From NCBI GenBank assembly GCA_963708135.1, contig OY970192.1:2336001-2400000 (forward strand): DNA of 64,000 nt, in the 5' to 3' direction. Positions 55,503-64,000 of this stretch are shown one piece after another. Position numbers and translations under genes: made by a program. The stretch is from an uncultured Gemmatimonadales bacterium. GTDB lineage: Bacteria; Gemmatimonadota; Gemmatimonadetes; Longimicrobiales; RSA9. The notes beneath the pieces were generated by a model, which saw only the letters and a list, made by a program, of their open reading frames with translations, was not told the DNA's origin and did not search any database. Position 1 is the stretch's first letter; every line of letters begins with the position of its first letter.

Positions 55503-57872
55503 TCAGTCGCCGCCGCGGTCCGCCGCGTAATAGGACGACGTCGGGGCATAGGAGCCGTAGTAGCCCTCCTTGCGCACATCGATGTCGTTCAGCACAGCGC
55601 CGAGCGCCGGCGCCCTCACGGCGGCGAGCTGCTCCACGGCGTAGGCCACGGCGCCGCGCTCGCTCGCGCCGGCGCGCGCCACCAGGATCACTCCGTCGGC
55701 GTTCGTGCCGAGCAGCGCCGCGTCCGTGACGAGGTTGAGAGGCGGCGCGTCAAGCAGGATCGAGTCGTAGTCGGCGCCCAGCGTCTCGAGCAGCGCCCGC
55801 ATGCGGTCGGAGCCGAGCAGCTCGGCGGGGTTCGGCGCGAGGAACCCGCGCGGCATGAAGTCGAGCGAGGCGGCGCCGGGCAGGCGGATCGAATGGATCA
55901 CTTCTGCGGCCGTGGCCCGGCCGAGCAGCACGTCGGCGAGGCCCGGCTCGGAGGTGGTCTCCAGGACGCGGTGCAGCACGCCGCGGCGCAGGTCCGCATC
56001 GATCAGCAGGCAGCGCAGCTCCTGCTGCGCCAGCGTGATGGCGAGGTTCGCGGCGGTCGTCGACTTGCCGTCGCCGGGCGTGGGGCTCGTGAAGACCAAC
56101 GTGTGGGGCGCCTGCTCCGGCCGCGAGAAGGTGATGTTGGTGCGGAGCGTCCGGTACGCCTCCGCGATCGGCCCGGTGGGCGCCTGCCTGGCCACCAGGC
56201 TGGAGGCGAACGACGGGGGCGCGGCGCGCCGGCCGGGGCGCCGCCAATGCCCGCCACCGTTGCCGTTTGCCGCCGGCGCCCCGATGCGCGGGATGAGCCC
56301 GAGCACGGGCATTCCGGTGAGCGTCTGGAGATCCTCGCGCGTGTGCAGGGTGGTGTCGAGGTGCTCGCGGGTGAAGGCGGCTCCGGCGCTGAGCGTCAGG
56401 CCGACGACGAGCGCCAGCGCGAGACTCAGCCCTTTCTTGGGCCAGACCGGCCGCAGCGCCAGGATCGCGGGATCGACGACCCGCACGCTGGCGTCCTGCA
56501 CCGCGGCCGCGATCTGCGCCTCCTTCCGCCGCTTCTCGAGCATCGAGAAGATCTCCTGCAGCACCGACGCCTGCCTCTCGAGCCGCGCGTAGCGCACCTG
56601 GGTCGCGGGGATCCGTCCGAGCTGCGTGCCGAAGCGCGCCAGCACGCCGTCCAGCGAGGAAACCTGGTTGGTCAGGCCCTCGAGGTACGTCGTCGTGATA
56701 CCGTGCACCTGGTCCTCGAGCTGGTGCACGCGCTCCGTCACGCGCTGCACGTCCGGATCATCCGGGGTGCGGCGGAGCAGCAGCTGGTTACGCGCGTCCT
56801 CCGCCTCGGCGAGCGACCGGAGCAGCTCGGACGCCGCGGGGCTCTTCAGCAGCGACGGGAACGCGATCAGGCTGCGGTACGGCGAGCGGTCCCCGCTGCG
56901 CTGTGCGGCGACGACGGCGGAGTCCAGCGTCTGCGCCATGGCGGCGCGCTCCGCCTCCGCGAGGTCGCGCTGCCCCTCGAGGTCGGCCAGCCGTTCGATG
57001 TCGGCCTTGGCCTCCGACGTCGGATCGATCACGTGATCCTGCTCGCGGAAGACGCGCAGCGCGTCCTCCGCCTCCGCCAGCTGCCCCTGCAGCGTGTCGA
57101 TCTGCTCGTCCAGGAAGCGCACCGTGCTGCGCGCCTGCGTGCTCAGGTTCGACTGCCGCCACGCGATGAAGCGCGCCGCGAGCACGTTCGGCACCGCCCG
57201 GGCGAGCCGACGGTCGTGATCCTTGTAGCGGAGCACCACGATGCTCGCGTCGTGGTCCGGCCGATCCACCGTGAGCGCGTCCCGCAGCGACTTGACGGCG
57301 TCCTGGAACGGAGTGACGTGGAGCACGATCGTCGGGTGTTCGAGCGCGGCCCGCGTGAGCGTCGCCGTCACACCGCCGATTCGGAAGGGACGCCCCGGCA
57401 CGACGGACACGGGGGCGCGCCCGTCCAGGTCCGCCTCGAAGCCGCGCGCGTCCCGCCGCTCGAGCCGGATCTCCTCCTCCGGTGCCGCGGGGTCCACCTT
57501 CACGGCGTCGAGCAGCCGCGTCCTCTGCAGCCGGCGGGGGCTTCGCACACTCAGCTGGAGGCCGAGCGAATCGACCACCTGCTCCGCCAGAGAACGGCTC
57601 TCGAGGACCTCCATCTCCGTGCTGATCTGGCTGCCGCTCGAGATCGTCTGGAGTGCATCCAGGATCGGCACGTTCGACCGGTTCTCGTCGATGCGCACTG
57701 AGGTGCTGCTCTCGTACACCGGCGGCGCCAGATAGACGAGCGCCGCCGTCAGCCCCAGCACCAGCAGCGGGACGGCCACGAAAACGGCGCGATTGCGCAG
57801 CAGGAAGTTGCGCAGGCTGCGGAGCCCGGTCGTCGCCTGCGCTGGAGTCGGCTCATTCGGGAATCGGATCAC
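55503..57872 (-). CDS. wzc: polysaccharide co-polymerase / BY tyrosine autokinase (Wzc-type)
   Basis: Two TM helices with coiled coil, EAYRTLRTN, Walker A SPTPGDGKST, DADLRR, LDAPP, C-terminal Tyr cluster (GYYGSY...SYY). Confidence 0.92.
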   Translation of the reverse strand: MIRFPNEPTPAQATTGLRSLRNFLLRNRAVFVAVPLLVLGLTAALVYLAPPVYESSTSVRIDENRSNVPILDALQTISSGSQISTEMEVLESRSLAEQVVDSLGLQLSVRSPRRLQRTRLLDAVKVDPAAPEEEIRLERRDARGFEADLDGRAPVSVVPGRPFRIGGVTATLTRAALEHPTIVLHVTPFQDAVKSLRDALTVDRPDHDASIVVLRYKDHDRRLARAVPNVLAARFIAWRQSNLSTQARSTVRFLDEQIDTLQGQLAEAEDALRVFREQDHVIDPTSEAKADIERLADLEGQRDLAEAERAAMAQTLDSAVVAAQRSGDRSPYRSLIAFPSLLKSPAASELLRSLAEAEDARNQLLLRRTPDDPDVQRVTERVHQLEDQVHGITTTYLEGLTNQVSSLDGVLARFGTQLGRIPATQVRYARLERQASVLQEIFSMLEKRRKEAQIAAAVQDASVRVVDPAILALRPVWPKKGLSLALALVVGLTLSAGAAFTREHLDTTLHTREDLQTLTGMPVLGLIPRIGAPAANGNGGGHWRRPGRRAAPPSFASSLVARQAPTGPIAEAYRTLRTNITFSRPEQAPHTLVFTSPTPGDGKSTTAANLAITLAQQELRCLLIDADLRRGVLHRVLETTSEPGLADVLLGRATAAEVIHSIRLPGAASLDFMPRGFLAPNPAELLGSDRMRALLETLGADYDSILLDAPPLNLVTDAALLGTNADGVILVARAGASERGAVAYAVEQLAAVRAPALGAVLNDIDVRKEGYYGSYAPTSSYYAADRGGD

Positions 57873-58540
57873 CGGTGCCTCAGCAGCAGGAGGGTCACCA
57901 GGAGGCTGACGCCGCTCGTGATGAGCGCGGGGACCACGCCCTGGTTGCGCGCGAGCCATCCCCGCTCGGGGACGAAGATCTGGTCGCCCGACTGGAGGGA
58001 CAGCTCGGCGATGCGCGTGGCCTCGTCGATCTTCACATCCACCTGGCGCCCGTTGCGGATCAGCTCGAGGTGGTCGCCGGCGCCCTCCGGCAGGGCGCCG
58101 CCCGCCAACGCGAGCGCATCCGCCACGGTCATGGTGGGATCCACCGGGTATAGCCCCGGCTGCTTCACGGCGCCCAGCACGCTCACGCGCCGCAGGAGGG
58201 TCACGTCGATCGAGGGGTTGCGCAGGTACTTCTGGTAGTCCTCCACGAGCTGCCGGCGGAGCGTCTCGGGCGAGAGGTCCACGACGGGACGGGGCCCGAG
58301 CATCGGGAAGACGACGACGCCCCGCTCATCCACGGGGTAGTCTCCCGAGATGTCGGCCTCGCGCCAGACGCGGAGGCGCACGACATCGCCGGGGCGGAGC
58401 CGCATGGCGGCCGCCGCCGTGTCGGCGTGGGTCGCGGCCGCCGGCGCGGGGGCCGTGCTGTCCGCCGCCTGCGCCCGCAGGGCGGGAGAGAGCAGCGGGC
58501 CCGCAAGCACGAGGGCGGTCAGGAGGTGGAGGCGGCGCAA
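57869..58540 (-). CDS. short polysaccharide export (OPX/Wza-like) protein, Poly_export + SLBB
   Basis: LRPGDVV, VDERGVVVFPMLG, YLRNPSIDV, VLGAVKQPG, LQSGDQIFVP, hydrophobic C-terminal helix. No lipobox Cys. Confidence 0.82.
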   Translation of the reverse strand: MRRLHLLTALVLAGPLLSPALRAQAADSTAPAPAAATHADTAAAAMRLRPGDVVRLRVWREADISGDYPVDERGVVVFPMLGPRPVVDLSPETLRRQLVEDYQKYLRNPSIDVTLLRRVSVLGAVKQPGLYPVDPTMTVADALALAGGALPEGAGDHLELIRNGRQVDVKIDEATRIAELSLQSGDQIFVPERGWLARNQGVVPALITSGVSLLVTLLLLRHR

Positions 58541-58544
58541 GGCT

Positions 58545-59723
58545 TCAATCCCTGGTCGGAAGGATCACTCTGACCGGCTGGGGGGCGACCGAGACGCCGG
58601 CCCCGCCGAGCTCGCCGAACATGCCCTGGCCCCAGCAGTACGCGCCGCCGGCGCCCGAGAGCGCGCAACTGTGCGTGGATCCGCGGGCGCTCACCGCCGC
58701 GAAGGTGGCGGCATCGAGCGGGCGCACGCGCTGCGGCGTCGCATAGTCCAGGTAGCGACCGTTGCCGATCTGCCCCTGGAGGCCCGCGCCCCAGCAGAGG
58801 GCGCCGCCGCCCTGCGTCACGCACGTCCGGTAGGTGCCCGCGCTCACGTTCGTCGCCTTCTGCTCCCCGAAGACCGGGACCGGCACCGTGCTCGCGGGCA
58901 GCGCCGCCGGCTGGAACACGGTGTTGCCCAGCTCGCCGTGCGCGCTGCTGCCCCAGCAGTACGTGACCCCGGTGGTGGCGATCGCGCAGGTGTGCGAGTA
59001 GCCCGCGCTGACCGCGACGAACCGAACGCCGCCGGCCACCCGCACAGGCACGGCCGAAGAGCGGGTGGAGCCGTCGCCGAGCTGGCCCCAGCCGTTGTCG
59101 CCCCAGCAGTACACGGCCGCGTCCACCGCGACCGCGCAGGTGTGAAAGGCGCCCGCGCTGATGGAGGTGAAGCGCAGCCCGCCCGCCACGGCCGCGGGCG
59201 CGCTCCGCTCGTCGAGCGAGCCGTCGCCGAGCTGGCCCTGCCCGTTGGCGCCCCAGCAGAACGCCTCGCCGCCGGGCGTGACGGCGCATGTATCGGTCCA
59301 GCCGGCGCTCAGGTCCGCGTAGCGCTGGTCGCCCACCACCTGGTAGGGACGGGTCACGCCCACGGTCGAGCCGGCGCCGAGCTGGCCGTAGTAGTTCCAC
59401 CCCCAGCAGTAGGCGTCTCCCTCGTCCGTCAGGGCGCACGTGTGCCGCTCGCCGGCGGAGACCGTCGCGAAGCGGGCATCCGACTGGACGCGGACGGGCG
59501 TATCGCTTCTCCCGGCCTGCCCGGTGCCGAGCTCGCCGTTGTCGCCCCTCCCCCAGCAGTAGACGCTGCCGCCCACGCGAAGCCCGCATGTGTGCTCGCC
59601 TCCGGCGCTCACGGCCGCGAAGAAGGGGGGCGTCTGGTCCGTTGGCGCGAGGGCGTCCCGGCAGCCGCCGAGGGCGCCGGCCAGGACGAGCCCCGCCGCC
59701 AGGCGTGCCAGCCGCCTTCTCAC
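58545..59723 (-). CDS. RCC1/BLIP-II repeat beta-propeller lipoprotein
   Basis: Lipobox LGGC, ~7 HTC...YCWG...GQLG repeats. GTG start overlaps the phosphatase stop. Confidence 0.88.
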   Translation of the reverse strand: MRRRLARLAAGLVLAGALGGCRDALAPTDQTPPFFAAVSAGGEHTCGLRVGGSVYCWGRGDNGELGTGQAGRSDTPVRVQSDARFATVSAGERHTCALTDEGDAYCWGWNYYGQLGAGSTVGVTRPYQVVGDQRYADLSAGWTDTCAVTPGGEAFCWGANGQGQLGDGSLDERSAPAAVAGGLRFTSISAGAFHTCAVAVDAAVYCWGDNGWGQLGDGSTRSSAVPVRVAGGVRFVAVSAGYSHTCAIATTGVTYCWGSSAHGELGNTVFQPAALPASTVPVPVFGEQKATNVSAGTYRTCVTQGGGALCWGAGLQGQIGNGRYLDYATPQRVRPLDAATFAAVSARGSTHSCALSGAGGAYCWGQGMFGELGGAGVSVAPQPVRVILPTRD

Positions 59724-60529
59724 CGGCGGACCAGCCGGTTCCAGAGGGTCCGCCGCGGACGCACGAGCCGCTCCGCGGGCTCGAGCCGGCGATCGTGCAC
59801 GATCCGCTCCGGGTTGTCGCGCAGGAGCAGCTCGGCCTGGCCGTCGGCCCCGGCCTCGGCCAGCACCTCCAGCGCCGCCGGCAGGGGTGAGCGGCCACGG
59901 GCGTGGTAGTCGCTCGCCATGGTGTCGGCGAGCCCGTGCTCGAGGAGCATCCATGCCGCCTCGCGCGCGCGACTGCCGTACCAGCCCAGCAACGAGCCGG
60001 CGTTCACCTGGAGCCGGGCGCCGTGGTCGCGCCAGGTCAGCGGCACCTCCGGGTCGCCCGCGATCTGCGGGTAGCGCTCCGGATGGGCGATCAGCGGCAC
60101 GATCCCCTTCGCGGCGATCCGCGCCAGCACGTGGTTGACGTGGGGCGGGATCATCGCGTGCGGAAACTCGATCAGCACGTACGAGCCGCCGGCCAGGCGC
60201 ACGCGCGAATCCGAGAAGTCCGGCTCCGGGGTGTCGAGCATGATCTCCGCACCGCGGTGGAGCGCGACCTCCACCTCCCGACCGGTCACGCCCGAGAAGG
60301 CGACCCAGGCCGCGTCCAGCTCGGCGAGCCGCGCCTCCAGCGCGTCGTCCCGCACCGTCAACTCCGCGGACAGGTGCGGCGTGACCACCAGCCGCCGGAC
60401 CCCATCGCGGGCCAGCGCGGCGAGCCCGCACTCGCTCTCCTCCGCGGAGCGCGCGCCGTCGTCCACACCCGCGAGCAAGTGGTTGTGCAGGTCCGTCAGC
60501 CCGCCAAACGGCAGGTCCGCGCCGCTCAC
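59720..60529 (-). CDS. PHP-family tyrosine phosphatase (CpsB/CapC/YwqE-type)
   Basis: DLHNHLLAGVDDG, TPH, GAEI, AHPERY, QVNAGSL, ASDYH. Confidence 0.9.
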   Translation of the reverse strand: MSGADLPFGGLTDLHNHLLAGVDDGARSAEESECGLAALARDGVRRLVVTPHLSAELTVRDDALEARLAELDAAWVAFSGVTGREVEVALHRGAEIMLDTPEPDFSDSRVRLAGGSYVLIEFPHAMIPPHVNHVLARIAAKGIVPLIAHPERYPQIAGDPEVPLTWRDHGARLQVNAGSLLGWYGSRAREAAWMLLEHGLADTMASDYHARGRSPLPAALEVLAEAGADGQAELLLRDNPERIVHDRRLEPAERLVRPRRTLWNRLVRR

Positions 60530-62007
60530 CGTGCCTCCCGCGCGCCAGCGCCGGGTGAGCGGACGGACGCGCCGACGGCCACGCTCGACCCCGCCGCTCC
60601 GGCCTGCTCCTCGTCCGCGGCGCGGAGCGCCACGATCGCACCGGCGCAGAAGAACGCGACGTACTGCGTGAAGGGTGCGTAGTAGTCGAACGCGTTGTCC
60701 GTGATCGAGATGACCGCCCACGCCACCAGCACGCCCAGCGCCGGCAGCGCGAATTCACGAACCGACCGGTCCAGGTTCCGGGCGGCCGCCAGCGCGACCC
60801 GCCACCACTGGAGCACGGCGAAGCCGAACAGCAGGATGCCGACCACGCCGGTCTCGGCGGCCAGGCGCAGGTACTCGTTATGGACCACCCGGATGTGTGA
60901 GGCGGCGAGCGCCGTGCGCAGGAGCTCCGTCGTCGAGCCGAGGCCGCCGCCGAAGACGGGATGCGCCAGGAAGCGATGGAGGGCGAGCGGCCAGAGCACG
61001 TTGCGGCCCTCCCAGTTGACGGCGTTGTACAGCGCGAGCGGGTGGGTGAGCAGCTGGAACAGCTCCACCGGCGTCGGCACGAATCCCAGCGTGCGCCGCA
61101 GCACGGCGGGCACCAGGGGGATCGCGAGCGCGACCAGCAGCATGAGGCCGCCGACCAGCCAGCGGTAGTTGCGCGTGCGGAGCGCGCCCACCACGCCGAT
61201 CGTGAGCAGCGAGAGCGCGCTGGCGAGGAAGGCGATGCGCGTGAACGTGGCCACGAGCCACGCGGCGAGGACCGCGCACAGCACCAGGTAGCGTACGTCG
61301 CGGCGCGTGACGAAGCGCACGAACGAGAACAGCATCATCGTCAGCAGATAGAACGCGAACGGATTCTCGTGCAGACCGAAGCTGCCGACGCGGAGCCAGC
61401 CGTCGGCACCCGGGCCGACCCCCCCGAACATGATGTAGATCGGGTTCAGCAGCAGCGCGACGAGAGCGGCGCCCCCCAGCATCCAGTCCGCCATGCGGTC
61501 CACGTCGGCGCGCGTGCGGGCCACGGACAGCACGGCCACGAAGACGAGCAGCGGATAGGCGATCTTGAGCAGGAGCCGCAGCCCGTCCAGGCGCGAGTCA
61601 GAGTAGAGGAGCGTCGTGGCGGCATAGAGCAGGAACAGCAGGTACCAGCGCGCCGAGGGCGCGGCGAAGCTCCGCTCCACACGCCGCTCCACCGCCGCGA
61701 GCGCCGCAATGGCCACCACCATGGCGATCAGGCGGATCCCGTTCATGTCGAGGCCGCCCTGGTCGCGCAGCAGGGACTTGAATCCGCCGGTCAGGAACGA
61801 GAGGTCCACACCGCCGATGCCGAGCATCACGCCGAGCATCGGCAGCGGATAGACGATCGTGACCACCAGCAACAGCCCACCGAGGATCGCGCCCAGCGCG
61901 AGCAGGGGCGAGAGCACCAGGCCCACCGCCGCGATCGCCGAGAGCGCCGCCAGCGCGGCCACGGCCGGCAGCGAATCCGGCAGCACCCGTTCCCGGACGG
62001 ACTCCAT
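60526..62007 (-). CDS. Wzy polymerase / O-antigen ligase-family membrane protein
   Basis: Many TM helices, HENP, TFTR, GR..LW, GGGLGS, HNEYLRLAAETG. Confidence 0.85.
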   Translation of the reverse strand: MESVRERVLPDSLPAVAALAALSAIAAVGLVLSPLLALGAILGGLLLVVTIVYPLPMLGVMLGIGGVDLSFLTGGFKSLLRDQGGLDMNGIRLIAMVVAIAALAAVERRVERSFAAPSARWYLLFLLYAATTLLYSDSRLDGLRLLLKIAYPLLVFVAVLSVARTRADVDRMADWMLGGAALVALLLNPIYIMFGGVGPGADGWLRVGSFGLHENPFAFYLLTMMLFSFVRFVTRRDVRYLVLCAVLAAWLVATFTRIAFLASALSLLTIGVVGALRTRNYRWLVGGLMLLVALAIPLVPAVLRRTLGFVPTPVELFQLLTHPLALYNAVNWEGRNVLWPLALHRFLAHPVFGGGLGSTTELLRTALAASHIRVVHNEYLRLAAETGVVGILLFGFAVLQWWRVALAAARNLDRSVREFALPALGVLVAWAVISITDNAFDYYAPFTQYVAFFCAGAIVALRAADEEQAGAAGSSVAVGASVRSPGAGAREAR

Positions 62008-62037
62008 TAGGGCGTCCTCCGCACGACGCGGCCGGCC

Positions 62038-63543
62038 TCAGCGCGCATCACGCGGCCGCAGCACGCGGACGAGCACCGCGCGATCCTGGTCGAGGAGCGC
62101 CCAGCGCCAGAGCAGCGCGAGCGAGGTCACGAGCGCGACGCCGACGCCCGTGAGGCGCGGCACCATCCCGGGCTGAAGCCTCGCCAGCCCGGCCGCCACG
62201 ACCCCGAACCCGCCCAGCACCAGCAGTGCATGCGCCAGCCGCTCCTCCGCCCACAGCCCCCGCGCCGCGGGGAAGAGACGCGCGGCGGCCCAGAACAGCA
62301 GTCCGGCATCGAGGGTCACGCGCAGCGTCCACGCGAGAGCCGCCCCCGCGACACCCCAGTGCAGCACCGCAAACCAGGCGAAGCCCACGTGCAGCGGCAG
62401 CTCCAGCAGATGGAACTTGCCGGTCAGGTCCGCGCGGCCGAAGCCCTGCAGCAGCACGAACGGCACGTGCGCCAGCGCGTTCACCAGCACCCCCAGCGCG
62501 AGGATCCGAAGCGCCAGTCCGCTGCGCGCGGCGAACTCCGGACCGAGCCAGATCCGCAGCACGTCCGGTCCCGCCACGACCAGCGTCACGGCAACGGGAC
62601 CGACCAGGAGCAGCAGGACCTTCACGGACCGCCCCGCCAGCCGCGCAGCCTCCATGCGCCGCGCCGCGCCGAGCGCGCTGAACGCCGGATAAGCCGCCGC
62701 CGTGAGCGCCAGCGGCACCATGAGCATGCGTGCGGCCAGCTCGTAGGGTGCGGCGTAGTAGCCGAGCGCGGCCACGGACACGAGGGTTGCGAGGAAGAAG
62801 CGGTCGAGGTAGGAGAGCGCCGGCGAGACCAGGCTCGAGACCGTCGTCCAGCTCCCGAACCCGAGGATCGCCCGCACCTCGGCCGGCGCGAGGTCGGGCC
62901 GCCGGCGGACGGCCGGCTCGAGGCGCAGGGCCGCGCCGGCGTAGGTGGCCAGCACGGCCAGCCGGACGACCCCGAGCAGGCCGACGATCGCCGGCAGCCG
63001 CCAGCCCGCGAGCGCGCCGGCGAGCGGGATCAGGTACGTCGCCGTGCCGGAGGGGACCACGACCGCCGCGATGCGGTCGAAGCGCCGCGCCGCCTCGAGC
63101 ACCGACCGGAACGGTCCCGTGACGAAGACGACGGGCAGAATCGCCGCCACGGCCAGGAAGGTCTGCCGCGCCTCGGCCACGATGCCCACGCCGCCTCCAC
63201 CACGGGCCGCCAGCAGCCCGGAAAGGCCGAAGAGCGCCAGCGCGGCCAGGAGACCGAGGACGGCCTGCGCCGCCACGGCGGTCCAGACGATGCCGGAGGC
63301 GCGCCGCTCGAACCCGCCCTCCAGCGCTTCGGCCAGGAACTTCGTCGTGGCGCGGGCAAAGCCGATTTCGGCGCACAGGCTGAGCGTCATCCAGGCCAGC
63401 GCCAGCACGCCGAAGCGCGCGGCGCCGAGCGTCCGGGTGAGCACGGGGACGGCCAGCAGCGCGGCGAGCAGCGGCGTCGCCTGGGCCACCAGGTTGAAGA
63501 GGGTGTTGCGCGCGAGACCGGGCGCCGGGCGGTCGGCGGCCAT
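62038..63543 (-). CDS. wzx: Wzx oligosaccharide flippase
   Basis: LARNTLFNL, LGAARFG, YLDRFFL, LGYYAAP, WGVAGAALAW; multi-TM protein. Confidence 0.88.
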   Translation of the reverse strand: MAADRPAPGLARNTLFNLVAQATPLLAALLAVPVLTRTLGAARFGVLALAWMTLSLCAEIGFARATTKFLAEALEGGFERRASGIVWTAVAAQAVLGLLAALALFGLSGLLAARGGGGVGIVAEARQTFLAVAAILPVVFVTGPFRSVLEAARRFDRIAAVVVPSGTATYLIPLAGALAGWRLPAIVGLLGVVRLAVLATYAGAALRLEPAVRRRPDLAPAEVRAILGFGSWTTVSSLVSPALSYLDRFFLATLVSVAALGYYAAPYELAARMLMVPLALTAAAYPAFSALGAARRMEAARLAGRSVKVLLLLVGPVAVTLVVAGPDVLRIWLGPEFAARSGLALRILALGVLVNALAHVPFVLLQGFGRADLTGKFHLLELPLHVGFAWFAVLHWGVAGAALAWTLRVTLDAGLLFWAAARLFPAARGLWAEERLAHALLVLGGFGVVAAGLARLQPGMVPRLTGVGVALVTSLALLWRWALLDQDRAVLVRVLRPRDAR

Positions 63544-63546
63544 CGC

Positions 63547-64000
63547 TCAGAGCGCGGCGCGCGGCGCGGCCCGGGCGGGCCGTCCCGGCGTCCACAGCGC
63601 CTCGAGCCGCTCGATCGACTCGGCGCCGCCGGTGTTGCGCCCGATCGGCACGTACACGACCCCGGGCGCATCGCGCAGGTGGTCGAGCGCGCGCCAGAAG
63701 TCCACCAGGAGCAGCGCGCCGTGGCCGTTCCGGCGGATCCGGTCGGGCCGGATGGCGCGGAACGCTTCATCCGGTGTCGTGACCAGCACGGCCTCGGCCG
63801 CGTCGAGACAGGCATCCGCGGAATCCACGATCGTGACCAGCTCGCCCAGGGCGGCCGCGGCCTGCTCCCCCGCGAGCGGGTCGTACCCCAGCACGCGCGC
63901 GCCGGCGAGCGCCAGCTCGCGCGCGATCACCAGGCTCTGCGAGCCCTCGACGACCGGCGTGCCGGGCTTGTAGGCGAGGCCGAGGACGCCGATCGTCGCG
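63547..64000 (-). CDS. UDP-glucose/GDP-mannose dehydrogenase family, C-terminal part (runs off right edge)
   Basis: Minus strand reads ATIGVLGLAYKPGTPVVEGSQSL...YDP...DFWR, the UDP-binding domain. Confidence 0.8.
   Translation of the reverse strand, partial: ATIGVLGLAYKPGTPVVEGSQSLVIARELALAGARVLGYDPLAGEQAAAALGELVTIVDSADACLDAAEAVLVTTPDEAFRAIRPDRIRRNGHGALLLVDFWRALDHLRDAPGVVYVPIGRNTGGAESIERLEALWTPGRPARAAPRAAL

Noticed and set aside
54301..59723. Nucleotide repeats (TACTGCTGGGG...CAGCTCGGC) as a DNA repeat element
   Set aside because: Fully explained by the RCC1 protein repeats.

Overview
Very GC-rich bacterial chromosomal window. Gene content and order suggest Gemmatimonadota; this is an inference, not a database result. 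Positions 1-46.9 kb are mostly a long minus-strand housekeeping run, listed left to right: accC/accB, aroQ, tatA, polyprenyl synthetase, ftcD-hutI-hutH, lptD, tatC, nrdR, a complete tol-pal set, hemA/ccsA/hemB, ssb, rimI-tsaB-tsaE, uvrB, relA/spoT, radC, secA, nadD, bamD and several TPR proteins. A divergent ppiD/surA-like gene carries a +1 frameshift. Positions 47-64 kb hold a Wzx/Wzy-type surface polysaccharide locus with nucleotide-sugar enzymes, GT2s, a Wzi-like barrel, Wzc, a short Wza-like protein, a PHP phosphatase and two embedded RCC1-repeat lipoproteins. The most striking structure is a counter-oriented cassette between uvrB and an epimerase gene (32.89-34.91 kb). It is a four-helix-bundle (23S-IVS/Avd-like) gene enclosed by two mutually inverted GCAAG(A/C) tandem-repeat arrays, and it is itself cleanly split by a 1322-bp IS4-family element with 16-bp TIRs and a 9-bp target duplication. 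A recurring (T/C)ATCTT-N8-ATG promoter arrangement suggests near-leaderless transcripts. No rRNA, tRNA or CRISPR array was seen.
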